Under the pieces are notes generated by a model that had not been told where the DNA came from, ran no database searches, and saw only the letters and a list, made by a program, of their open reading frames with translations. Positions 34,831 to 43,826 of a DNA stretch of 50,874 nucleotides are shown here, piece by piece (within the stretch, counting starts at the first letter, position 1; each line of letters opens with the position of its first letter). The DNA is from a virus. The stretch spans positions 1 to 50,874 of the IMG/VR virus record IMGVR_UViG_3300036783_000164, one strand, 5' to 3'. Both the position numbers and the translations under genes were made by a program.

Positions 34831-35076
34831 TCATTCGTTGTGTTCGTTTGTTTTGTTAGGTTCAGCAAGATCATCTATGATTTCATCAAACACTTCTGCC
34901 CTGTCAAATTGTCCCCATTCACTACCGCTATATATTCCATTACCACACGCACTACAAGTTAAGTCGTATTCATAGCTCTCACAACCGCATGATTCTCCAC
35001 ACGTTCCACTCCTATAATCAATATCATCCTCAGTATTAAGATGACCACACTTCTTACATTCGATAGTCTTCTCCAT
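34831..35076 (-). CDS. Cys-rich zinc-ribbon protein
   Basis: CKKCGH...CGESCGCE...CSACGN. Confidence 0.6.
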   Translation of the reverse strand: MEKTIECKKCGHLNTEDDIDYRSGTCGESCGCESYEYDLTCSACGNGIYSGSEWGQFDRAEVFDEIIDDLAEPNKTNEHNE

Positions 35077-35139
35077 CCCCTCACCCCTTATCTTCCCTTA
35101 ACAACAAACAAGACGCCACCCAGATCACGGCAGTGCCTA

Positions 35140-35418
35140 CTATAAATCAAAAATCTTTTCCTTTATATCTGCATTTTGTATACACTCAACAATTTCCTTA
35201 CCATCTAATAATGTAGTAATTTCAATTTCATCATCTTCTGCTTGATTACCATTTAATAACACACCTACATTAGCGATAGCATCTCCTAATTCTTCAAATG
35301 CTTTTGTGCAACCTTCAGTAGCTTTCTTTAATCGTTCAAGTTTTACTTCCGCTTCATCAGTGTCAACATTAACTTCGATATCTAATTTATTTCTAGGACT
35401 CTTCACTTCTTCCATCAT
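35140..35418 (-). CDS. Hypothetical acidic protein
   Basis: 92-aa ORF with SD aggaggatga upstream. Confidence 0.6.
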   Translation of the reverse strand: MMEEVKSPRNKLDIEVNVDTDEAEVKLERLKKATEGCTKAFEELGDAIANVGVLLNGNQAEDDEIEITTLLDGKEIVECIQNADIKEKIFDL

Positions 35419-35485
35419 TCATCCTCCTATCCAAATATCCATTTCATTCATCTTCACGTTTAATGTGTAATTTCTATATAACAAA

Positions 35486-35510
35486 GAAAAAAGCACCCGT
35501 TATGGATGCT
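35486..35510 (-). terminator. Rho-independent terminator
   Basis: On the minus strand, AGCATCC-ataac-GGGTGCT followed by TTTTTTC. Confidence 0.55.
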
Positions 35511-35519
35511 GAATATGCG

Positions 35520-35737
35520 CTATTTATCATCTTTAGTTGTTTTTTCACTTACTCTCATAGATAATACATTGTCTAAATTAATCCAAGTATCATTAAGTTG
35601 AAACCATTTTGATTCACGAGACCTAGTAATATAATCCCCTAGTGTTTGAACGGTAGTTTCATTATCATCTTCGTACCAGCAACATGTTTTCTAGTTTTTC
35701 CATTATTCAATACGATTTCAATTATAAATTCTTTCAT
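35520..35737 (-). pseudogene. Small gene split by a frameshift (or sequencing error)
   Basis: MKEFIIEIVLNNGKTRKHVAGT... stops after 32 codons. A second frame continues with EDDNETTVQTLGDYITRSRESKWFQLNDTWINLDNVLSMRVSEKTTKDDK but has no start codon of its own. Confidence 0.35.
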
Positions 35738-35765
35738 CGCCTATCACCTCATATCTTATTATACA

Positions 35766-35795
35766 TAACAAAAAGCCATCACCGAAGTGACAGCT
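35766..35795 (-). terminator. Rho-independent terminator closing the ORF-free tract
   Basis: On the minus strand, AGCTGTCAC-ttcg-GTGATGGCT followed by TTTTTGTT. Confidence 0.65.
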
Positions 35796-36597
35796 TTCAA
35801 GGGGATGGGAGAAAAGAGAGAAAACAAATGGCAAAGTTTCTCTTAGATCAAGGCTGAGTACTCTCAACCTTCTCAAAACAACCGATACATACAATGTGGC
35901 TCAGGTTTTTAGCTCTTTGGCTATCCTGATTATCGTGTTCGGTTGCTTAGAGAAGGAAAAGACCTTCTCGTTTATACTCCGTAGAGCTTGTCGAATGAGA
36001 GCTATGGTGTAACTCTCTTATAAAGTTTTTTTAATTTTTATCAAGACGTATGAGTTTATTCCGACGCCTTGTTTGAACCAATACACTAGAGGGACGGAAG
36101 GGGAATGTTTCCGCTGTATTGGCTCAAACAAAGAGTGGAACTCTTTGCCCTCGTTTTGGTCATTAATAAGAATCGTGAGTAATTACTAATGTACGAGATA
36201 CGTATACAACTTATTTGGGGTACTCAGAAACGTGATGTTTGTTCAATCAAGAACAACCACCCCCATTTCCATTTTCAAGAGACGACATAATAGAGAGTAA
36301 TAGACTTATATTTATTATCAACCCAGAGGACGCATTCCGAGCTGATTGATAAATACAATAGAAACAGCATGACGAATGCGAGTTATCTCACACCCGCCAC
36401 ACTGGAATATGTCATTGTAATACATTCATTGGTCTTTTCGTCTTAACGCGGGTTCGTACCGCCTTGCCCGCCCTACTATGCGGTATACGTTACCGTGACA
36501 TTCTCGCATAAGAACGTTTCACTTATAGGTGTACTAATCCTCTTCAATATGCTGTTGTCAAAGGGCTTGTACATTAAGAATACCGTTGATTTCATTA
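35796..36597 (-). ncRNA. Candidate large structured non-coding RNA (about 0.8 kb)
   Basis: No ORF in any frame. It is embedded in a tightly packed minus-strand operon, is G+C-richer by eye, and ends at a terminator. A 16-bp interrupted helix pairs 36068-36085 with 36115-36133. Hairpins lie at 36129-36147, 35950-35969 and 35850-35871. Confidence 0.4.
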
Positions 36598-36861
36598 TCA
36601 AAATTCCCCCTTTTTATCCCCTATTTTCTCGGGATTTTCTCGGTGTTTTTTCAATTCAAAAACTGCTTTAAAACGTTTAATTTCCTTACCTTCTTCTGTT
36701 TTAAAATATCCATAGAATAATTTTGCCGGTCTCACCCAGACTAACCCTGTCTCGACTGACATATAAACTACCACATCTTCTCCTGTTTCTGTATGACGTG
36801 CTACCTCAGCTATAACACGATATAAACCGCCTTTATAATGTTCGTATAACATACTGTTCAC
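36598..36861 (-). CDS. DUF1653-like protein
   Basis: YEHYKGGLYRVIAEVARHTETGEDVVVY matches the DUF1653 signature from memory. Confidence 0.65.
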   Translation of the reverse strand: MNSMLYEHYKGGLYRVIAEVARHTETGEDVVVYMSVETGLVWVRPAKLFYGYFKTEEGKEIKRFKAVFELKKHRENPEKIGDKKGEF

Positions 36862-36878
36862 CTTTTCTTATAATATTT

Positions 36879-37265
36879 TTAAATCATCCCTAAAGCTGTA
36901 GCAATCAATCGAATAGCATTCTTTTTCTTTGCATAGAATGGATCTTTCTTAATTAGCAATTCGTTGTAAATATAATCGTCCTTTAGTTTCTTGTTACTTA
37001 GATACTTCATTTTGATGATATTAACTTCATCTTCATCTAAGCCGTAATTCAATACCCTTTCTACTTGTCTAAACTTCATTTCATTAATATGTTTTGTATC
37101 ACGAATTTCAGGGAATAAACTAATTCCTTCTTGCCTTTGCTCTGCTTCATTCTCGAAACATATCTTTAATGCTCTGTACTCCTTTAAGATGCTTACTACT
37201 TCCTTCTGCACCTTCTTTTCTGTCTCCTTATCGATAGCCGGTAATAAAGTCAATTGTCTCTCCAT
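36879..37265 (-). CDS. ArpU-family late transcription regulator
   Basis: 128 aa. The overall pattern is LLPAIDKETEKKV, then ILKEYRALK, then the C-terminal AIRLIATALGMI. It sits at the early/late boundary. Confidence 0.7.
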   Translation of the reverse strand: MERQLTLLPAIDKETEKKVQKEVVSILKEYRALKICFENEAEQRQEGISLFPEIRDTKHINEMKFRQVERVLNYGLDEDEVNIIKMKYLSNKKLKDDYIYNELLIKKDPFYAKKKNAIRLIATALGMI

Positions 37266-37407
37266 GAAGGAATCCCCCTATTTCGTATTTTGGTTTTTAC
37301 ATTCACATCAGGTACGTGAAATTTTACTATCTCTTTGTTGAATAAGGGAACGATGCTTAGTAAAGTAGCCCCCACCAATCTACTCTGCATGGTTCCGTTA
37401 TCCATTA

Positions 37408-37512
37408 AATCCAATCGATATAACTAAACTTCGCTGGTCTAGAAAAATATACATCTATAACTCTATCGTTACCCTCAATACGGTCCCACACATATATTTT
37501 CGTCTTTGTCAT
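37408..37512 (-). CDS. Possible 34-aa ORF coupled to the rusA stop
   Basis: ATGA overlap with the rusA stop. Sequence MTKTKIYVWDRIEGNDRVIDVYFSRPAKFSYIDWI. Confidence 0.3.
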
Positions 37513-37925
37513 TCGTTCAGCTCCTTTATAATTACTTCAACACGTGGCTTCTCTGAATACCATTTACTCACCTTTAGATCCACTACCTGACTGTCATCAT
37601 TCCATATGACCTTATTGAGCGCATCCTTCACACCTTTTACGTAATTATCAACGTCTGGCTTTGTTGTTGGTCTCAGTAACCCTTCTTCTGCTGCCAGTGC
37701 TTTCTTTTTAGAGAAGGACTTGAGAGAAGGCTTGTACACCTTCACCTCAAGTTGTAATGGCCCTTCCAATAATTTCTCTGGTGCATACTGTGAAGCTACT
37801 AATCCCACATACTGCTTAAAGTTTCTTGATTTCATCGGATCTCTCATATTAATCTTTCCGTTGCGAATACCTGCTCTTGGTCTCCCCTGAGCTACTGGTT
37901 CTCCAAGTACTGTGAATTTAATCAT
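37509..37925 (-). CDS. rusA: RusA Holliday junction resolvase
   Basis: MIKFTVLGEPVAQGRPR...KPDVDNYVKGVKDALNKVIWNDDSQV. Start moved to 37925, after GGAGG. Confidence 0.85.
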   Translation of the reverse strand: MIKFTVLGEPVAQGRPRAGIRNGKINMRDPMKSRNFKQYVGLVASQYAPEKLLEGPLQLEVKVYKPSLKSFSKKKALAAEEGLLRPTTKPDVDNYVKGVKDALNKVIWNDDSQVVDLKVSKWYSEKPRVEVIIKELNE

Positions 37926-37938
37926 GCTACGCCTCCAT

Positions 37939-38103
37939 TTATTCTTTACACTCTTCAAGAAAATCAATAACTTCCTGAACATGCTCCCTCGTTGTCATAC
38001 TCTCCATCACATATCCTTCATCGTCATAAACATTAACCTTATCTCCTGTAAACTCCATTCCACACATTCCGTCTGCGCCTAATAGCTTTACGTTACCTTC
38101 CAT
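37939..38103 (-). CDS. Possible 54-aa ORF
   Basis: Sequence MEGNVKLLGADGMCGMEFTGDKVNVYDDEGYVMESMTTREHVQEVIDFLEECKE. Below the track cutoff. It fills the gap upstream of rusA. Confidence 0.4.
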   Translation of the reverse strand: MEGNVKLLGADGMCGMEFTGDKVNVYDDEGYVMESMTTREHVQEVIDFLEECKE

Positions 38104-38237
38104 TCTTTTAACCTCACTTTCTCTTCAAATGTATTAAATGTTCTTTCTTTGGTGCTTCTGTGTTCCATAAAATGTACATTAATAATTTGATGTAATATTT
38201 AATGTGATATTTCATTCATATCTCTCCTACAAAAGGA

Positions 38238-38636
38238 TTATTTATTCAGACTCTCTATATCAACATCTATAAATGTATTTTCAGAAAACCAACTAAGTTT
38301 ATAATCGCTTCCTTCTATCGACACCTCGCCAATTTCTTCTTTATATATCCCCTTTGAAATAATTCCATGCTCACCACGTTTATAAATAAAATCAAGCTGA
38401 TTAAATGGTTCTAATGGATCTTTTTCTTTCTTCACTAACTGAAGCCAATTTGTTTTCATACGATCCAACGCTTCGAAACCTGTATATGTTTTTACATATT
38501 CTGTTTTATCATCTTGAATTATTGCGACATCTGTTCCTGATTCTCCGCAATCTTTACATATCCATCTAACTTGTGGCGGATATGTAAACAACATTTTATT
38601 TTCATACACTTTTTGATGTTTACATAAATTATTCAT
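38238..38636 (-). CDS. Hypothetical protein
   Basis: 132-aa ORF. Confidence 0.6.
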   Translation of the reverse strand: MNNLCKHQKVYENKMLFTYPPQVRWICKDCGESGTDVAIIQDDKTEYVKTYTGFEALDRMKTNWLQLVKKEKDPLEPFNQLDFIYKRGEHGIISKGIYKEEIGEVSIEGSDYKLSWFSENTFIDVDIESLNK

Positions 38637-38662
38637 TACAATCTACCTTTCTATTAAAAGGA

Positions 38663-39109
38663 TTATTTTGTTGAGTTTCTTAACAAACAACGGTTCTCAT
38701 GAATATTACCGACCACTTCAATATCATCTTCTATAAATTCATTCAGTAATTCATAATTCCCATCTGCATCACCACTTACATCGCTATCTTCCTTAACTCG
38801 CTTGGTTCCCCAGAAAGCGCCATCTCCATATTCAACTACACCTACATATCCGTCTTCTTTACTAACTGGATATCTATCAGCTTGAAAAATATCTCCTTCA
38901 TAAATCTCGTTGTCGTTCTTGTCTTTCCAACCTGTATACCTCATCAAGTGATATTTATCATCTAATTGATCGTAAAGCGTTAAATCGACCTCGCAAAAAT
39001 CATATCCGTTTTGTTCATGCTCTAAAATTATTAAAGTCCCTATAATTCCTACATTGTGATACATCTTACTCTCGGACATATCATACGCCCTAAATTTAAT
39101 CTCACTCAT
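38663..39109 (-). CDS. YopX-family protein
   Basis: Starts IKFRAYD and ends with the C-terminal VVGNIHEN signature. Confidence 0.7.
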   Translation of the reverse strand: MSEIKFRAYDMSESKMYHNVGIIGTLIILEHEQNGYDFCEVDLTLYDQLDDKYHLMRYTGWKDKNDNEIYEGDIFQADRYPVSKEDGYVGVVEYGDGAFWGTKRVKEDSDVSGDADGNYELLNEFIEDDIEVVGNIHENRCLLRNSTK

Positions 39110-39227
39110 TTCTCCTCATCCCCCTGAATAAAACTCAATATTCCGTCAATACTGTAGACAACCCATTAAGTTACTTTCTCCTTGTTCCCCCTTGGAGATG
39201 AGCAGTTAGCTTTTGCTAGCTGCTCTT

Positions 39228-39473
39228 TTACTGTGTATTGTTTTCCCAGCCGTCTGTTCTTTTCCATCCTTGACCACGTAATTCTAAAATATATGACACT
39301 CTTCTTTTTGAAGCATTTTCAATTGCTCTCTGTAAACTTTCAATTTCTTTTTGTTTGTATTCCAATTGTCGTTCAAATAATTCAATATCCTTCTCTTCAT
39401 TTGTTACATATCTTTTATAAGCTGCAATTCTTTCTGCTGGCCACTTTTCCATATCCATTCCCCTTTTCAACAA
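39228..39473 (-). CDS. Hypothetical coiled-coil protein
   Basis: 81-aa ORF. Confidence 0.55.
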   Translation of the reverse strand: MLKRGMDMEKWPAERIAAYKRYVTNEEKDIELFERQLEYKQKEIESLQRAIENASKRRVSYILELRGQGWKRTDGWENNTQ

Positions 39474-39565
39474 AATGAAATTTTTATTATAAACAATGAA
39501 CTTTCAACGCTACTCAATTGTAAATATACATACAATACTATTTATCTATAAAGGGGCGTTTTTAT

Positions 39566-39733
39566 ATGAATCCATATCAAAGAATATCTTTAATAATGGT
39601 TATTTTAGTACCACTCCTTTTCTTAACTGTCACCCTAATAACTGGTCGATGGGCCTTCTTTTTTTGGAGCCTACTGCCTAGTTTCTTTAGTGGGATAATA
39701 GCCTTCAACACTTTTCAAAAATCACGAAAATAG
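39566..39733 (+). CDS. 55-aa two-TM membrane peptide on the opposite strand (moron)
   Basis: Sequence MNPYQRISLIMVILVPLLFLTVTLITGRWAFFFWSLLPSFFSGIIAFNTFQKSRK. SD AAAGGGG lies upstream. A hairpin plus T-run follows at about 39750-39779. Confidence 0.5.
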   Translation: MNPYQRISLIMVILVPLLFLTVTLITGRWAFFFWSLLPSFFSGIIAFNTFQKSRK

Positions 39734-39807
39734 ACAAAAACAATTTGCAAAGAGTGCCTTTACAAGGTGCTCTTTTTTTACATACACTTACCAAATAGCG
39801 TTTTTGT

Positions 39808-40206
39808 TTAGTTTTTGATTAATTCCGGATTATCATGAATGTTCCCGATAACTTCGTTTACATTTAGCTCGCTCCATAATGGTTCTTGATGATTAATGCC
39901 ATTTGATATAACCCATGCACCTTCCGACATCTCGACTTTCCCTGTAAAGGCACCCACTTCTATAGGTCTGTAATCATGGAATTCTTGATCAACAATATCA
40001 TCTTCATAAATTTCATTACTGTATGCGTCTATTTCTCCAGTGAATTGCCCAACTGATTCCCATACGACTGGTACAAACCCTTGCCCTGGCGCTTCTATAT
40101 AAGCTAACTTGTCCTCGTAATTTATAACTGCATTACCATAAAACCATTTAATATCACCGTAATCTTCAATTGGTTTACCACGAAACTTAATCTTTCTCAT
40201 ATTCAT
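39808..40206 (-). CDS. YopX-family protein (second paralogue)
   Basis: Starts IKFRGKP and ends VIGNIHDNPELI. Confidence 0.7.
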   Translation of the reverse strand: MNMRKIKFRGKPIEDYGDIKWFYGNAVINYEDKLAYIEAPGQGFVPVVWESVGQFTGEIDAYSNEIYEDDIVDQEFHDYRPIEVGAFTGKVEMSEGAWVISNGINHQEPLWSELNVNEVIGNIHDNPELIKN

Positions 40207-40229
40207 TCCCCTTTCAAATAACTATTTTG

Positions 40230-40604
40230 TTAAGATTTAAGCACTTTGTACGCTATCCCTAATGCATCACCCATCGCATAGCATTCTGGTAACTTGCTGT
40301 AATATTTTTCATATAATTCTTTATCCACAAAATAGATTGACCTCATGATTTCATGTCTACCACATAAAGTACTTCCCATTAATTTATCGCAGTAATCTTT
40401 ATACGCTTCTGGATGATGGAACCCTAACAATTCCCAAACTTTCGTAATATGTGTTTTGTGCATGCTTGCCGCATACGTTTCAATAATCATCACTGCAAAA
40501 GCACGGTTATTCTTTGCTACCTCAAAAATATCTTTCTTAAATTCTTTTCTTATTTGTCTATGTTTTCTTTTGACAGCTCTGCGTGATCTGCTTACTACTT
40601 CCAT
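40230..40604 (-). CDS. Hypothetical protein
   Basis: 124-aa ORF with a basic N-terminus. Confidence 0.55.
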   Translation of the reverse strand: MEVVSRSRRAVKRKHRQIRKEFKKDIFEVAKNNRAFAVMIIETYAASMHKTHITKVWELLGFHHPEAYKDYCDKLMGSTLCGRHEIMRSIYFVDKELYEKYYSKLPECYAMGDALGIAYKVLKS

Positions 40605-40607
40605 CTC

Positions 40608-40817
40608 TCATTCCCCTTTTCGATTTAATTCTCTACCACACATAGGGCAGAAGTTTATTTTCTCTCCGAATAGAGAGTGAGGAACGCTGTTACCTACAAC
40701 GCTATCCTCTAGATAATTGCAGCTATTTATAAATACTTTGTAATCACTCATGTAACTGGTCATCAAATTCTTTCTATCCCTCAAAGGTTCACCTGTGCAA
40801 TACTCGCATTTCTCCAC
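40608..40817 (-). CDS. Small zinc-ribbon protein
   Basis: CEYC...CPMC. Confidence 0.55.
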   Translation of the reverse strand: MEKCEYCTGEPLRDRKNLMTSYMSDYKVFINSCNYLEDSVVGNSVPHSLFGEKINFCPMCGRELNRKGE

Positions 40818-40851
40818 GACTTTTCCCCTTTCCGACCAAATAACGCTTTGG

Positions 40852-41118
40852 TTAAATTATTTTAGAATGGTCTTTGGTTAAAATACTTCCCGTCACCTTT
40901 AACGCTGGCCATTTAGAAACAAAGCTTTTCAATGTAAAAATATAATCTTTATGTTCGATAACCTGTACTATTGGCTCACTATTAACATCTATCAAGACAA
41001 CAACATCATGAGTAGTTGGCGAACTTAAAATGTCCCCGAACTTAATTTTCTCACCTTTTAACGTTTGTATATCTGTAAAAATATCCATATAATCTCCACC
41101 TAATTTAATAAAATTCAA
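40852..41118 (-). CDS. Hypothetical protein
   Basis: 88-aa ORF. Confidence 0.55.
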   Translation of the reverse strand: MNFIKLGGDYMDIFTDIQTLKGEKIKFGDILSSPTTHDVVVLIDVNSEPIVQVIEHKDYIFTLKSFVSKWPALKVTGSILTKDHSKII

Positions 41119-41126
41119 ATTTGGTC

Positions 41127-41624
41127 TTAGTATCCGTTCGCTATTCGATCATAGTTAACCTGATTCTTATCAAAGTAAGACTTTTCCATGTCTTCATATG
41201 ACATACCTAACTTCATTCCGATTGCTATTAAGGATGCAAATACACAATAATAACTAGCATGGGTATCAAGTGAATTTTCACGAATTTTATCGAATAGTTC
41301 ATAATAAGTTTTATTAGCTTGTCTTCCTACATAATTTACCCAAAAAGCATTGTGAGGAAGGTCATGACTAAACCCGTATTCGTTACCTATACTTGCTATG
41401 AAATGAATACAATCTGCCCATTCATCATGTTGTTTTTCCTTATTGTTACGCTTATTCTTCTTCCAGTATTTGAAGTATTCTATTTCATTTGCTAGTTCAC
41501 TTACTTCCACATAAAAAGCATGTGTTACGTCTCCAGTTAGGTTTTGTCCTTCTAATCCATGAACCTCAACAACCTTACGATCAAACTTGTCCTGTGCTTC
41601 AAAAATCTTTTGTATGTTCAACAT
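41127..41624 (-). CDS. All-alpha NTP pyrophosphohydrolase (dimeric dUTPase-like)
   Basis: FEAQDKFDRKV...YVEVSELANEIEYFKYWKK...DEWADCIHFIASIG resembles the dUTPase_2/MazG-like fold signature (from memory). Confidence 0.55.
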   Translation of the reverse strand: MLNIQKIFEAQDKFDRKVVEVHGLEGQNLTGDVTHAFYVEVSELANEIEYFKYWKKNKRNNKEKQHDEWADCIHFIASIGNEYGFSHDLPHNAFWVNYVGRQANKTYYELFDKIRENSLDTHASYYCVFASLIAIGMKLGMSYEDMEKSYFDKNQVNYDRIANGY

Positions 41625-41625
41625 A

Positions 41626-41805
41626 TTAATTATCTCCCTTTAGTAAAATGTTAATTTTGTCTTTGCGATCAACTAATTCTGATAGATTTCTTTCTGATTT
41701 TTGTTTCTCCAGGTTTAACATGTGGATATGTAACTTCGTGTTGCTAACATCGCTTTGTACTTTTTCTAATTCTGATTCGAGTTGAACCCTTGTTTCTTTC
41801 TTCAT
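41626..41805 (-). CDS. 59-aa coiled-coil ORF
   Basis: Sequence MKKETRVQLESELEKVQSDVSNTKLHIHMLNLEKQKSERNLSELVDRKDKINILLKGDN. Just below the track cutoff. It fills the gap. Confidence 0.5.
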   Translation of the reverse strand: MKKETRVQLESELEKVQSDVSNTKLHIHMLNLEKQKSERNLSELVDRKDKINILLKGDN

Positions 41806-41815
41806 GCAATCCCTC

Positions 41816-42052
41816 CTACAGTCCTAATTCTGCTGCAAATTCGCCAAACTCAAATCCAACTAATTCCTTACCACTCGGGAACACTGTAACCGGAACGCTC
41901 ATGTAATTTTTATCAGCTAACCATTGCGCATACTCCTCATTTTCTTCAATATTACGAGTTTCAAACTCTACTCCTGCAGCACCTAGCGCCCATTTAACTT
42001 CTTCACAGTTTTTGCAATTATTCTTCGTATAAACAACAATCTTAGTTGCCAT
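41816..42052 (-). CDS. nrdH: NrdH/glutaredoxin-like redoxin
   Basis: 78 aa with VVYTKNNCKNCEEVKWAL, a CxxC motif in thioredoxin-fold context. Confidence 0.7.
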   Translation of the reverse strand: MATKIVVYTKNNCKNCEEVKWALGAAGVEFETRNIEENEEYAQWLADKNYMSVPVTVFPSGKELVGFEFGEFAAELGL

Positions 42053-42118
42053 TCTCTTCAGTCTCCTTTGCTTCTGCTAGTAATTTAGTAATTTCAAATG
42101 TCCCATGCTCTGTATATT

Positions 42119-42322
42119 TCATCGTTCTTCCTCCTTATATTTAGATAAGATAGTTGTTAAAGCTATTGCCGTTCCTTCATTCGCAATCCATTGTCCTTTA
42201 TAAAAACCGGATAACCCTAAATCCTCGTTATCATAAGCTGTATCTGCTTTCTTTCTGTTTTCTACCGCTGATAACTGTAACTGTTCGATATACTCTTCAA
42301 TCGCTTCTCTCATTCTCCCCAT
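42119..42322 (-). CDS. Hypothetical protein
   Basis: 67-aa ORF. Confidence 0.5.
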   Translation of the reverse strand: MGRMREAIEEYIEQLQLSAVENRKKADTAYDNEDLGLSGFYKGQWIANEGTAIALTTILSKYKEEER

Positions 42323-42402
42323 CTCCTTTTATTAATTCGAATAGCTCCTGTTCACTCATTTCATAAAGCTGACGCCCTGTCTCTTCTTCCTTATAAATTC
42401 CC

Positions 42403-43089
42403 TTAAGCAGAAGTACTTCTATGTAGATTCTCTTTTTGTTCACGATTGAAATACCTCTTATTTTTCACTACTGGAATTGTCATTGCGTCTTCTTTACTCC
42501 ACCCTTTATAAACGCGTTGGTAATATGTGTTTTCGCTTATTCCGTTTTTAATTGCTATAGCTACGTTACTGATTCTTTTGATCGTTTTTTTCGTCGCCGC
42601 TTCCATTGGGTCTAAACCTAAATCCATAACCCTTTTATAAAATGTCTGATAAGTAATTCCGTTGCTTTTAGCGATTTTTAATTCTTCTTTATATTCTTTA
42701 GAAAACTTCTTATATTTTGGTGGTTGTGTCGCCGCCTCGTACGGTGTCATCCCTCTTCTGATACGAGCGTAAAACGATTCAGTTCCAATACCATTGTCTA
42801 ATGCAATCTGAAACTCCACGCTGTACTTACTGCATTTAACAGCAGCTTCATGAGGATCCATTCCGTCTTTTATTCTCTTTTTATAAGTGCCATAGTTAAC
42901 ACCGTTCAATTCAGCTAACAGCATTAGAGTACGATCTGTTTTTTTGTTTTTTGTATTATGAAGAGTCTGTGTGATAGCTTTTTCAACCGACCAACCATAT
43001 TCGTTTACACGTTGATATACATTTTTCTTTGAAATACCGTTTCTATTTGCAATTAAATACTGTTCGTCTGTGATGTATATTCTTGTCAT
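42403..43089 (-). CDS. Tandem-repeat HTH-like protein (5 repeats)
   Basis: Five copies of the pattern NGI-x4-(F/Y)Y-x-R-x4-(G)(W/M/L)-x3-A: NGISKKNVYQRV, NGVNYGTYKKRI, NGIGTESFYARI, NGITYQTFYKRV and NGISENTYYQRV. Confidence 0.65.
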   Translation of the reverse strand: MTRIYITDEQYLIANRNGISKKNVYQRVNEYGWSVEKAITQTLHNTKNKKTDRTLMLLAELNGVNYGTYKKRIKDGMDPHEAAVKCSKYSVEFQIALDNGIGTESFYARIRRGMTPYEAATQPPKYKKFSKEYKEELKIAKSNGITYQTFYKRVMDLGLDPMEAATKKTIKRISNVAIAIKNGISENTYYQRVYKGWSKEDAMTIPVVKNKRYFNREQKENLHRSTSA

Positions 43090-43090
43090 T

Positions 43091-43543
43091 TTAGGCTTCC
43101 TCCTTATCTTTCAATGAACAACGGCTTCCTGTATTATTTACTGGCATCGTTGCCGCTCTTTGTGACCCCCACCCTCTAATGTTCACTCTTGACATAAACG
43201 TTTGATAATTAATCCCGTTTTGTTTTGCAATTTCTAGCCAATACTTCTTTTCAGAATCCATTTCTTTCGCTGGCTTTGTTGCCGCTTCTTCACAACTCCA
43301 ACCTAAAATCCTTACTCTGCTATAAAAAGTTCTTTTATTTATTCCATTTTGCATTGCTTTTTTTACCCATTTTTCATATTTCCTTTCACATTTATGCCTA
43401 ACTGTTCCTGGTGGCGCTGTTAAAGCTTCCTCTAGCCCCCACTTATCTGATCTATAAAGGCGATAATATAGCGTACTTCTTTTTATCCCGTTAGCTGCTG
43501 CCCTTGCATATTCCTCATCAGTTAGCCACCGATTTAAAGTCAT
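43091..43543 (-). CDS. Tandem-repeat HTH-like protein (3 repeats), paralogue of 42403-43089
   Basis: NGIKRSTLYYRL, NGINKRTFYSRV and NGINYQTFMSRV, each followed by GW...A(A/L)T. Confidence 0.65.
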   Translation of the reverse strand: MTLNRWLTDEEYARAAANGIKRSTLYYRLYRSDKWGLEEALTAPPGTVRHKCERKYEKWVKKAMQNGINKRTFYSRVRILGWSCEEAATKPAKEMDSEKKYWLEIAKQNGINYQTFMSRVNIRGWGSQRAATMPVNNTGSRCSLKDKEEA

Positions 43544-43553
43544 TTTCTTCCTC

Positions 43554-43826
43554 CTAATCTAGCGCTAAAAATTCTGTCCTTGTACGATTCGAATGTTTTA
43601 TCTCAATCTTCTGAATGCCCTTGCCATGCTCTTCTATTGCTGCATTCCACGCTTCACTTTCTGTATCAGCATCAAAACAATCTATCTTTTGCTTTTCGTC
43701 TTGATCGTAGAAATGAACCTCGTATGTCGTTATGACGCTTGGCTTCGCTAGGAATTGCTCCGCCGTGCTCTTTGCTTTGTAATCGAAAGTCCCCAATATG
43801 TCGTCAAAGCTTAGTTGACTTCTCAT
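43554..43826 (-). CDS. Hypothetical protein
   Basis: 90-aa ORF that overlaps the dnaB stop. Confidence 0.55.
   Translation of the reverse strand: MRSQLSFDDILGTFDYKAKSTAEQFLAKPSVITTYEVHFYDQDEKQKIDCFDADTESEAWNAAIEEHGKGIQKIEIKHSNRTRTEFLALD

Noticed and set aside
35796-36597. Group II intron or self-splicing intron interpretation of the ORF-free tract
   Set aside because: I could not find a GUGYG 5' end, a domain V-like hairpin, or a split host gene whose exons flank the tract. A covariance-model search is still needed to exclude group I.
39182-39681. Plus-strand ORFs 39182-39478 and 39496-39681
   Set aside because: The first is antisense to 39228-39473. The second has junk-like sequence and no SD. 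The overlapping 55-codon frame at 39566-39733 has an SD and two clean TM segments and is preferred.
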